The notes beneath the pieces are model-generated. The model worked only from the letters and a program-made list of their open reading frames with translations, was not told the DNA's origin and searched no databases. A program made the position numbers and the translations under genes. A stretch of DNA of 64,000 nt from Auanema rhodensis (lineage: Eukaryota > Animalia > Nematoda): positions 2,604,001-2,668,000 of the forward strand of contig OZ059899.1 in assembly GCA_964057225.1 (NCBI GenBank), read 5' to 3'. Below, piece by piece: positions 51,598 through 64,000 of the stretch. The first letter of the stretch is position 1; every line of letters begins with the position of its first letter.

Positions 51598-54500
51598 AGA
51601 TTTGCGCTAGCTTAAAAATGCACCGAGATATCAACTGATATGAGTTCACACATATATCCTCGATTTTCACCCTGAAGAATTAATTTTTTCGTTGAATAAC
51701 ATTGTCCATCGTCTTTGCCTTGAAAAAAGGAATCTAAAAACATCTACTTTTTGCTAAATTATTTTGAAATTTTTCGAAAAAATTTTTGTCAAAATGTTTT
51801 TGGAAGCAATGTTGAGTGTACATGGAAACTCAACATACACTAATGCATCATTTTTCAAACGATCATAACTAATTTTTGTATTAAGCGTTTCTCAATGTAG
51901 TATAGTGCATTCGATGCGGATTTTTAAGCTGCGTCGATCTGTGTTATCAGATTTGCGCTAGCTTAAAAAAGCACCGAGATATCAACTGATATAAGTTCAC
52001 ACTTATATCCTCGATTTTCACCCTGAAGAATTAATTTTTTCGTTGAATAACATTGTCCATCGTCTTTGCCTTGAAAAACGGAATCTAAAAACATCTACTT
52101 TTCGCTAAATTATCTTGAAATTTTTCGAAAAAATTTTTGTCAAAATGTTTTTGGAAGCAATGTTGAGTGTACATGGAAACTCAACATACACTAATGCATC
52201 ATTTTTCAAACGATCATAACTAATTTTTGTATTAAGCGTTTCTCAATGTAGTATAGTGCATTCGATGCGGATTGTTGAGCTGCGTCGATCTGTGTTATCA
52301 GATTTGCGCTAGCTTAAAAATGCACCGAGATATCAACTGATATGAGTTCACACATATATCCTCGATTTTCACCCTGAAGAATTAATTTTTTCGTTGAATA
52401 ACATTGTCCATCGTCTTTGCCTTGAAAAAAGGAATCTAAAAACATCTACTTTTTGCTAAATTATTTTGAAATTTTTCGAAAAAATTTTTGTCAAAATGTT
52501 TTTGGAAGCAATGTTGAGTGTACATGGAAACTCAACATACACTAATGCATCATTTTTCAAACGATCATAACTAATTTTTGTATTAAGCGTTTCTCAATGT
52601 AGTATAGTGCATTCGATGCGGATTTTTAAGCTGCGTCGATCTGTGTTATCAGATTTGCGCTAGCTTAAAAAAGCACCGAGATATCAACTGATATAAGTTC
52701 ACACTTATATCCTCGATTTTCACCCTGAAGAATTAATTTTTTCGTTGAATAACATTGTCCATCGTCTTTGCCTTGAAAAACGGAATCTAAAAACATCTAC
52801 TTTTCGCTAAATTATCTTGAAATTTTTCGAAAAAATTTTTGTCAAAATGTTTTTGGAAGCAATGTTGAGTGTACATGGAAACTCAACATACACTAATGCA
52901 TCATTTTTCAAACGATCATAACTAATTTTTGTATTAAGCGTTTCTCAATGTAGTATAGTGCATTCGATGCGGATTGTTGAGCTGCGTCGATCTGTGTTAT
53001 CAGATTTGCGCTAGCTTAAAAATGCACCGAGATATCAACTGATATGAGTTCACACATATATCCTCGATTTTCACCCTGAAGAATTAATTTTTTCGTTGAA
53101 TAACATTGTCCATCGTCTTTGCCTTGAAAAAAGGAATCTAAAAACATCTACTTTTTGCTAAATTATTTTGAAATTTTTCGAAAAAATTTTTGTCAAAATG
53201 TTTTTGGAAGCAATGTTGAGTGTACATGGAAACTCAACATACACTAATGCATCATTTTTCAAACGATCATAACTAATTTTTGTATTAAGCGTTTCTCAAT
53301 GTAGTATAGTGCATTCGATGCGGATTTTTAAGCTGCGTCGATCTGTGTTATCAGATTTGCGCTAGCTTAAAAAAGCACCGAGATATCAACTGATATAAGT
53401 TCACACTTATATCCTCGATTTTCACCCTGAAGAATTATTTTTTTCGTTGAATAACATTGTCCATCGTCTTCGCCTTGAAAAACGGAATCTAAAAACATCT
53501 ACTTTTTGCTAAATTATTTTGAAATTTTTCGAAAAAATTTTTGTCAAAATGTTTTTGGAAGCAATGTTGAGTGTACATGGAAAAGTCAACATACACTAAT
53601 GCATCATTTTTCAAACGATCATAACTAATTTTTGTATTAAGCGTTTCTCAATGTAGTATAGTGCATTCGATGCGGATTTTTGAGCTGCGTCGATCTGTGT
53701 TATCAGATTTGCGCTAGCTTGAAAATGCACCGAGATATCAACTGATATAAGTTCACACTTATATCCTCGATTTTCACCCTGAAGAATTAATTTTTTCGTT
53801 GAATAACATTGTCCATCGTCTTCGCCTTGAAAAACGGAATCTAAAAACATCTACTTTTTGCTAAATTATTTTGAAATTTTTCGAAAAAATTTTTGTCAAA
53901 ATGTTTTTGGAAGCAATGTTGAGTGTACATGGAAACTCAACATACACTAATGCATCATTTTTCAAACGATCATAACTAATTTTTGTATTAAGCGTTTCTC
54001 AATGTAGTATAGTGCATTCGATGCGGATTTCTGAGCTGCGTCGATCTGTGTTATCAGATTTGCGCTAGCTTAAAAATGCACCGAGATATCAACTGATATG
54101 AGTTCACACATATATCCTCGATTTTCACCCTGAAGAATTAATTTTTTCGTTGAATAACATTGTCCATCGTCTTTGCCTTGAAAAAAGGAATCTAAAAACA
54201 TCTACTTTTTGCTAAATTATTTTGAAATTTTTCGAAAAAATTTTTGTCAAAATGTTTTTGGAAGCAATGTTGAGTGTACATGGAAACTCAACATACACTA
54301 ATGCATCATTTTTCAAACGATCATAACTAATTTTTGTATTAAGCGTTTCTCAATGTAGTATAGTGCATTCGATGCGGATTTTTAAGCTGCGTCGATCTGT
54401 GTTATCAGATTTGCGCTAGCTTAAAAAAGCACCGAGATATCAACTGATATAAGTTCACACTTATATCCTCGATTTTCACCCTGAAGAATTAATTTTTTCG

Positions 54501-57500
54501 TTGAATAACATTGTCCATCGTCTTTGCCTTGAAAAACGGAATCTAAAAACATCTACTTTTCGCTAAATTATCTTGAAATTTTTCGAAAAAATTTTTGTCA
54601 AAATGTTTTTGGAAGCAATGTTGAGTGTACATGGAAACTCAACATACACTAATGCATCATTTTTCAAACGATCATAACTAATTTTTGTATTAAGCGTTTC
54701 TCAATGTAGTATAGTGCATTCGATGCGGATTGTTGAGCTGCGTCGATCTGTGTTATCAGATTTGCGCTAGCTTAAAAATGCACCGAGATATCAACTGATA
54801 TGAGTTCACACATATATCCTCGATTTTCACCCTGAAGAATTAATTTTTTCGTTGAATAACATTGTCCATCGTCTTTGCCTTGAAAAAAGGAATCTAAAAA
54901 CATCTACTTTTTGCTAAATTATTTTGAAATTTTTCGAAAAAATTTTTGTCAAAATGTTTTTGGAAGCAATGTTGAGTGTACATGGAAACTCAACATACAC
55001 TAATGCATCATTTTTCAAACGATCATAACTAATTTTTGTATTAAGCGTTTCTCAATGTAGTATAGTGCATTCGATGCGGATTTTTAAGCTGCGTCGATCT
55101 GTGTTATCAGATTTGCGCTAGCTTAAAAAAGCACCGAGATATCAACTGATATAAGTTCACACTTATATCCTCGATTTTCACCCTGAAGAATTATTTTTTT
55201 CGTTGAATAACATTGTCCATCGTCTTCGCCTTGAAAAACGGAATCTAAAAACATCTACTTTTTGCTAAATTATTTTGAAATTTTTCGAAAAAATTTTTGT
55301 CAAAATGTTTTTGGAAGCAATGTTGAGTGTACATGGAAACTCAACATACACTAATGCATCATTTTTCAAACGATCATAACTAATTTTTGTATTAAGCGTT
55401 TCTCAATGTAGTATAGTGCATTCGATGCGGATTTTTGAGCTGCGTCGATCTGTGTTATCAGATTTGCGCTAGCTTGAAAATGCACCGAGATATCAACTGA
55501 TATAAGTTCACACTTATATCCTCGATTTTCACCCTGAAGAATTAATTTTTTCGTTGAATAACATTGTCCATCGTCTTCGCCTTGAAAAACGGAATCTAAA
55601 AACATCTACTTTTTGCTAAATTATTTTGAAATTTTTCGAAAAAATTTTTGTCAAAATGTTCTTGGAAGCAATGTTGAGTGTACATGGAAACTCAACATAC
55701 ACTAATGCATCGTTTTTCAAACGATCATAACTAATTTTATTATTAAGCGTTTCTCAATGTAGTATAGTGCATTCGATGCGGATTGTTGAGCTGCGTCGAT
55801 CTGTGTTATCAGATTTGCGCTAGCTTGAAAATGCACCGAGATATCAACTGATATAAGTTCACACTTATATCCTCGATTTTCACCCTGAAGAATTATTTTT
55901 TTCGTCGAATAACATTGTCCATCGTCTTTGCCTTGAAAAATGGAATCTAAAAACATCTACTTTCTGCTAAATTATTTTGAAATTTTTCGAAAAAATTTTT
56001 GTCAAAATGTTCTTGGAAGCAATGTTGAGTGTACATGGAAACTCAACATACACTAATGCATCGTTTTTCAAACGATCATAACTAATTTTATTATTAAGCG
56101 TTTCTCAATGTAGTATAGTGCATTCGATGCGGATTGTTGAGCTGCGTCGATCTGTGTTATCAGATTTGCGCTAGCTTAAAAATGCACCGAGATATCAACT
56201 GATATGAGTTCACACTTATATCCTCGATTTTCACCCTGAAGAATTAATTTTTTCGTTGAATAACATTGTCCATCGTCTTTGCCTTGAAAAAAGGAATCTA
56301 AAAACATCTACTTTTTGCTAAATTATTCTGAAATTTTTCGAAAAAATTTTTGTCAAAATGTTTTTGGAAGCAATGTTGAGTGTACATGGAAACTCAACAT
56401 ACACTAATGCATCATTTTTCAAACGATCATAACTAATTTTTGTATTAAGCGTTTCTCAATGTAGTATAGTGCATTCAATGCGGATTTTTAAGCTGCGTCG
56501 ATCTGTGTTATCAGATTTGCGCTAGCTTAAAAAAGCACCGAGATATCAACTGATATAAGTTCACACTTATATCCTCGATTTTCACCCTGAAGAATTATTT
56601 TTTTCGTTGAATAACATTGTCCATCGTCTTTGCCTTGAAAAACGGAATCTAAAAACATCTACTTTTTGCTAAATTATTTTGAAATTTTTCGAAAAAATTT
56701 TTGTCAAAATGTTTTTGGAAGCAATGTTGAGTGTACATGGAAACTCAACATACACTAATGCATCATTTTTCAAACGATCATAACTAATTTTTGTATTAAG
56801 CGTTTCTCAATGTAGTATAGTGCATTCAATGCGGATTTTTAAGCTGCGTCGATCTGTGTTATCAGATTTGCGCTAGCTTGAAAATGCACCGAGATATCAA
56901 CTGATATAAGTTCACACTTATATCCTCGATTTTCACCCTGAAGAATTATTTTTTTCGTCGAATAACATTGTCCATCGTCTTTGCTTTGAAAAACGGAATC
57001 TAAAAACATCTACTTTTCGCTAAATTATCTTGAAATTTTTCGAAAAAATTTTTGTCAAAATGTTTTTGGAAGCAATGTTGAGTGTACATGGAAACTCAAC
57101 ATACACTAATGCATCATTTTTCAAACGATCATAACTAATTTTTGTATTAAGCGTTTCTCAATGTAGTATAGTGCATTCGATGCGGATTTTTGAGCTGCGT
57201 CGATCTGTGTTATCAGATTTGCGCTAGCTTAAAAATGCACCGAGATATCAACTGATATAAGTTCACACTTATATCCTCGATTTTCACCCTGAAGAATTAA
57301 TTTTTTCGTTGAATAACATTGTCCATCGTCTTTGCCTTGAAAAACGGAATCTAAAAACATCTACTTTTCGCTAAATTATTTTGAAATTTTTCGAAAAAAT
57401 TTTTGTCAAAATGTTTTTGGAAGCAATGTTGAGTGTACATGGAAACTCAACATACACTAATGCATCATTTTTCAAACGATCATAACTAATTTTTGTATTA

Positions 57501-60500
57501 AGCGTTTCTCAATGTAGTATAGTGCATTCGATGCGGATTTTTAAGCTGCGTCGATCTGTGTTATCAGATTTGCGCTAGCTTAAAAAAGCACCGAGATATC
57601 AACTGATATAAGTTCACACTTATATCCTCGATTTTCACCCTGAAGAATTATTTTTTTCGTTGAATAACATTGTCCATCGTCTTTGCCTTGAAAAACGGAA
57701 TCTAAAAACATCTACTTTTTGCTAAATTATTTTGAAATTTTTCGAAAAAATTTTTGTCAAAATGTTTTTGGAAGCAATGTTGAGTGTACATGGAAACTCA
57801 ACATACACTAATGCATCATTTTTCAAACGATCATAACTAATTTTTGTATTAAGCGTTTCTCAATGTAGTATAGTGCATTCGATGCGGATTTTTGAGCTGC
57901 GTCGATCTGTGTTATCAGATTTGCGCTAGCTTAAAAATGCACCGAGATATCAACTGATATGAGTTCACACATATATCCTCGATTTTCACCCTGAAGAATT
58001 AATTTTTTCGTTGAATAACATTGTCCATCGTCTTTGCCTTGAAAAAAGGAATCTAAAAACATCTACTTTTTGCTAAATTATTTTGAAATTTTTCGAAAAA
58101 ATTTTTGTCAAAATGTTTTTGGAAGCAATGTTGAGTGTACATGGAAACTCAACATACACTAATGCATCATTTTTCAAACGATCATAACTAATTTTTGTAT
58201 TAAGCGTTTCTCAATGTAGTATAGTGCATTCGATGCGGATTTTTAAGCTGCGTCGATCTGTGTTATCAGATTTGCGCTAGCTTAAAAAAGCACCGAGATA
58301 TCAACTGATATAAGTTCACACTTATATCCTCGATTTTCACCCTGAAGAATTAATTTTTTCGTTGAATAACATTGTCCATCGTCTTTGCCTTGAAAAACGG
58401 AATCTAAAAACATCTACTTTTCGCTAAATTATCTTGAAATTTTTCGAAAAAATTTTTGTCAAAATGTTTTTGGAAGCAATGTTGAGTGTACATGGAAACT
58501 CAACATACACTAATGCATCATTTTTCAAACGATCATAACTAATTTTTGTATTAAGCGTTTCTCAATGTAGTATAGTGCATTCGATGCGGATTGTTGAGCT
58601 GCGTCGATCTGTGTTATCAGATTTGCGCTAGCTTAAAAATGCACCGAGATATCAACTGATATGAGTTCACACATATATCCTCGATTTTCACCCTGAAGAA
58701 TTAATTTTTTCGTTGAATAACATTGTCCATCGTCTTTGCCTTGAAAAAAGGAATCTAAAAACATCTACTTTTTGCTAAATTATTTTGAAATTTTTCGAAA
58801 AAATTTTTGTCAAAATGTTTTTGGAAGCAATGTTGAGTGTACATGGAAACTCAACATACACTAATGCATCATTTTTCAAACGATCATAACTAATTTTTGT
58901 ATTAAGCGTTTCTCAATGTAGTATAGTGCATTCGATGCGGATTTTTAAGCTGCGTCGATCTGTGTTATCAGATTTGCGCTAGCTTAAAAAAGCACCGAGA
59001 TATCAACTGATATAAGTTCACACTTATATCCTCGATTTTCACCCTGAAGAATTAATTTTTTCGTTGAATAACATTGTCCATCGTCTTTGCCTTGAAAAAC
59101 GGAATCTAAAAACATCTACTTTTCGCTAAATTATCTTGAAATTTTTCGAAAAAATTTTTGTCAAAATGTTTTTGGAAGCAATGTTGAGTGTACATGGAAA
59201 CTCAACATACACTAATGCATCATTTTTCAAACGATCATAACTAATTTTTGTATTAAGCGTTTCTCAATGTAGTATAGTGCATTCGATGCGGATTGTTGAG
59301 CTGCGTCGATCTGTGTTATCAGATTTGCGCTAGCTTAAAAATGCACCGAGATATCAACTGATATGAGTTCACACATATATCCTCGATTTTCACCCTGAAG
59401 AATTAATTTTTTCGTTGAATAACATTGTCCATCGTCTTTGCCTTGAAAAAAGGAATCTAAAAACATCTACTTTTTGCTAAATTATTTTGAAATTTTTCGA
59501 AAAAATTTTTGTCAAAATGTTTTTGGAAGCAATGTTGAGTGTACATGGAAACTCAACATACACTAATGCATCATTTTTCAAACGATCATAACTAATTTTT
59601 GTATTAAGCGTTTCTCAATGTAGTATAGTGCATTCGATGCGGATTTTTAAGCTGCGTCGATCTGTGTTATCAGATTTGCGCTAGCTTAAAAAAGCACCGA
59701 GATATCAACTGATATAAGTTCACACTTATATCCTCGATTTTCACCCTGAAGAATTATTTTTTTCGTTGAATAACATTGTCCATCGTCTTCGCCTTGAAAA
59801 ACGGAATCTAAAAACATCTACTTTTTGCTAAATTATTTTGAAATTTTTCGAAAAAATTTTTGTCAAAATGTTTTTGGAAGCAATGTTGAGTGTACATGGA
59901 AAAGTCAACATACACTAATGCATCATTTTTCAAACGATCATAACTAATTTTTGTATTAAGCGTTTCTCAATGTAGTATAGTGCATTCGATGCGGATTGTT
60001 GAGCTGCGTCGATCTGTGTTATCAGATTTGCGCTAGCTTAAAAATGCACCGAGATATCAACTGATATGAGTTCACACATATATCCTCGATTTTCACCCTG
60101 AAGAATTAATTTTTTCGTTGAATAACATTGTCCATCGTCTTTGCCTTGAAAAAAGGAATCTAAAAACATCTACTTTTTGCTAAATTATTTTGAAATTTTT
60201 CGAAAAAATTTTTGTCAAAATGTTTTTGGAAGCAATGTTGAGTGTACATGGAAACTCAACATACACTAATGCATCATTTTTCAAACGATCATAACTAATT
60301 TTTGTATTAAGCGTTTCTCAATGTAGTATAGTGCATTCGATGCGGATTTTTAAGCTGCGTCGATCTGTGTTATCAGATTTGCGCTAGCTTAAAAAAGCAC
60401 CGAGATATCAACTGATATAAGTTCACACTTATATCCTCGATTTTCACCCTGAAGAATTAATTTTTTCGTTGAATAACATTGTCCATCGTCTTTGCCTTGA

Positions 60501-63500
60501 AAAACGGAATCTAAAAACATCTACTTTTCGCTAAATTATCTTGAAATTTTTCGAAAAAATTTTTGTCAAAATGTTTTTGGAAGCAATGTTGAGTGTACAT
60601 GGAAACTCAACATACACTAATGCATCATTTTTCAAACGATCATAACTAATTTTTGTATTAAGCGTTTCTCAATGTAGTATAGTGCATTCGATGCGGATTG
60701 TTGAGCTGCGTCGATCTGTGTTATCAGATTTGCGCTAGCTTAAAAATGCACCGAGATATCAACTGATATGAGTTCACACATATATCCTCGATTTTCACCC
60801 TGAAGAATTAATTTTTTCGTTGAATAACATTGTCCATCGTCTTTGCCTTGAAAAAAGGAATCTAAAAACATCTACTTTTTGCTAAATTATTTTGAAATTT
60901 TTCGAAAAAATTTTTGTCAAAATGTTTTTGGAAGCAATGTTGAGTGTACATGGAAACTCAACATACACTAATGCATCATTTTTCAAACGATCATAACTAA
61001 TTTTTGTATTAAGCGTTTCTCAATGTAGTATAGTGCATTCGATGCGGATTTTTAAGCTGCGTCGATCTGTGTTATCAGATTTGCGCTAGCTTAAAAAAGC
61101 ACCGAGATATCAACTGATATAAGTTCACACTTATATCCTCGATTTTCACCCTGAAGAATTATTTTTTTCGTTGAATAACATTGTCCATCGTCTTCGCCTT
61201 GAAAAACGGAATCTAAAAACATCTACTTTTTGCTAAATTATTTTGAAATTTTTCGAAAAAATTTTTGTCAAAATGTTTTTGGAAGCAATGTTGAGTGTAC
61301 ATGGAAACTCAACATACACTAATGCATCATTTTTCAAACGATCATAACTAATTTTTGTATTAAGCGTTTCTCAATGTAGTATAGTGCATTCGATGCGGAT
61401 TTTTGAGCTGCGTCGATCTGTGTTATCAGATTTGCGCTAGCTTGAAAATGCACCGAGATATCAACTGATATAAGTTCACACTTATATCCTCGATTTTAAC
61501 CCTGAAGAATTAATTTTTTCGTTGAATAACATTGTCCATCGTCTTCGCCTTGAAAAACGGAATCTAAAAACATCTACTTTTTGCTAAATTATTTTGAAAT
61601 TTTTCGAAAAAATTTTTGTCAAAATGTTTTTGGAAGCAATGTTGAGTGTACATGGAAACTCAACATACACTAATGCATCATTTTTCAAACGATCATAACT
61701 AATTTTTGTATTAAGCGTTTCTCAATGTAGTATAGTGCATTCGATGCGGATTTCTGAGCTGCGTCGATCTGTGTTATCAGATTTGCGCTAGCTTAAAAAT
61801 GCACCGAGATATCAACTGATATGAGTTCACACATATATCCTCGATTTTCACCCTGAAGAATTAATTTTTTCGTTGAATAACATTGTCCATCGTCTTTGCC
61901 TTGAAAAAAGGAATCTAAAAACATCTACTTTTTGCTAAATTATTTTGAAATTTTTCGAAAAAATTTTTGTCAAAATGTTTTTGGAAGCAATGTTGAGTGT
62001 ACATGGAAACTCAACATACACTAATGCATCATTTTTCAAACGATCATAACTAATTTTTGTATTAAGCGTTTCTCAATGTAGTATAGTGCATTCGATGCGG
62101 ATTTTTAAGCTGCGTCGATCTGTGTTATCAGATTTGCGCTAGCTTAAAAAAGCACCGAGATATCAACTGATATAAGTTCACACTTATTTCCTCGATTTTC
62201 ACCCTGAAGAATTAATTTTTTCGTTGAATAACATTGTCCATCGTCTTTGCCTTGAAAAACGGAATCTAAAAACATCTACTTTTCGCTAAATTATCTTGAA
62301 ATTTTTCGAAAAAATTTTTGTCAAAATGTTTTTGGAAGCAATGTTGAGTGTACATGGAAACTCAACATACACTAATGCATCATTTTTCAAACGATCATAA
62401 CTAATTTTTGTATTAAGCGTTTCTCAATGTAGTATAGTGCATTCGATGCGGATTGTTGAGCTGCGTCGATCTGTGTTATCAGATTTGCGCTAGCTTAAAA
62501 ATGCACCGAGATATCAACTGATATGAGTTCACACATATATCCTCGATTTTCACCCTGAAGAATTAATTTTTTCGTTGAATAACATTGTCCATCGTCTTTG
62601 CCTTGAAAAAAGGAATCTAAAAACATCTACTTTTTGCTAAATTATTTTGAAATTTTTCGAAAAAATTTTTGTCAAAATGTTTTTGGAAGCAATGTTGAGT
62701 GTACATGGAAACTCAACATACACTAATGCATCATTTTTCAAACGATCATAACTAATTTTTGTATTAAGCGTTTCTCAATGTAGTATAGTGCATTCGATGC
62801 GGATTTTTAAGCTGCGTCGATCTGTGTTATCAGATTTGCGCTAGCTTAAAAAAGCACCGAGATATCAACTGATATAAGTTCACACTTATATCCTCGATTT
62901 TCACCCTGAAGAATTATTTTTTTCGTTGAATAACATTGTCCATCGTCTTCGCCTTGAAAAACGGAATCTAAAAACATCTACTTTTTGCTAAATTATTTTG
63001 AAATTTTTCGAAAAAATTTTTGTCAAAATGTTTTTGGAAGCAATGTTGAGTGTACATGGAAACTCAACATACACTAATGCATCATTTTTCAAACGATCAT
63101 AACTAATTTTTGTATTAAGCGTTTCTCAATGTAGTATAGTGCATTCGATGCGGATTTTTGAGCTGCGTCGATCTGTGTTATCAGATTTGCGCTAGCTTGA
63201 AAATGCACCGAGATATCAACTGATATAAGTTCACACTTATATCCTCGATTTTCACCCTGAAGAATTAATTTTTTCGTTGAATAACATTGTCCATCGTCTT
63301 CGCCTTGAAAAACGGAATCTAAAAACATCTACTTTTTGCTAAATTATTTTGAAATTTTTCGAAAAAATTTTTGTCAAAATGTTTTTGGAAGCAATGTTGA
63401 GTGTACATGGAAACTCAACATACACTAATGCATCATTTTTCAAACGATCATAACTAATTTTTGTATTAAGCGTTTCTCAATGTAGTATAGTGCATTCGAT

Positions 63501-64000
63501 GCGGATTTTTGAGCTGCGTCGATCTGTGTTATCAGATTTGCGCTAGCTTGAAAATGCACCGAGATATCAACTGATATAAGTTCACACTTATATCCTCGAT
63601 TTTCACCCTGAAGAATTAATTTTTTCGTTGAATAACATTGTCCATCGTCTTTGCCTTGAAAAACGGAATCTAAAAACATCTACTTTTCGCTAAATTATCT
63701 TGAAATTTTTCGAAAAAATTTTTGTCAAAATGTTTTTGGAAGCAATGTTGAGTGTACATGGAAACTCAACATACACTAATGCATCGTTTTTCAAACGATC
63801 ATAACTAATTTTATTATTAAGCGTTTCTCAATGTAGTATAGTGCATTCGATGCGGATTGTTGAGCTGCGTCGATCTGTGTTATCAGATTTGCGCTAGCTT
63901 AAAAATGCACCGAGATATCAACTGATATGAGTTCACACTTATATCCTCGATTTTCACCCTGAAGAATTAATTTTTTCGTTGAATAACATTGTCCATCGTC
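51598..64000. repeat. Dimer-alternating domain with large duplications at 18- and 22-monomer offsets
   Basis: The insertion allele GGAAAAGTC has its G at 53585 and 59904 (6319 = 18x351+1). Markers 54031/61754, 56063/63786 and 56206/63929 are all 7723 apart (22x351+1). Confidence 0.82.

Larger units (their letters stand above)
1..64000. repeat. Satellite DNA tandem array, 351-bp monomer, 182 complete copies plus a partial copy, head-to-tail, open at both window ends
   Basis: AGATTTGCGCTAGCTT recurs at 1, 352, 703 and so on (line starts 7021, 21061, 28081, 35101, 42121 and 49141 are in exact register; 14041 is in register with a T at p1). The last monomer starts at 63885 = 1+182x351+2; the +2 comes from two 1-bp insertions (~53584, ~59903). 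No inversion or non-repeat insert was seen. Confidence 0.99.

Noticed and set aside
5172-63679. Repeated 79/84-aa minus-strand ORFs (MFxDSxFQG...)
   Set aside because: They exist only when G17 and G329 coincide to remove stop codons. Variants appear indifferent to coding and the ORFs resemble no protein I recognise, so they are chance ORFs in satellite DNA.
1-64000. CRISPR array
   Set aside because: There are no unique spacers: the entire 351-bp unit repeats, and no cas genes are present.

Overview
The whole 64-kb window is one uninterrupted head-to-tail satellite DNA array: 182 complete monomers plus a 116-bp partial one. Monomers are 351 bp (two are 352 bp), about 32% GC and only a few percent divergent, and all lie in one orientation. 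The array runs off both ends of the window. I find no credible protein-coding gene, RNA gene, CRISPR array or inserted mobile element; the 63-84 aa ORFs in the track are by-products of the repeat. Three things are of interest. (1) Rare diagnostic SNPs show a patchwork of local, variable-length higher-order duplications (5-, 6-, 7-, 13/14- and 18/22-monomer offsets) arranged in spatial domains. (2) The monomer is rich in dyad symmetry, including a 51-bp imperfect palindrome. (3) Many polymorphisms toggle CpG and avoid a near-invariant ~115-bp core. This looks like eukaryotic heterochromatic, possibly (peri)centromeric, satellite. The organism, family name and function cannot be determined from sequence alone. 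pN denotes the position within a monomer, with p1 = window position 1.
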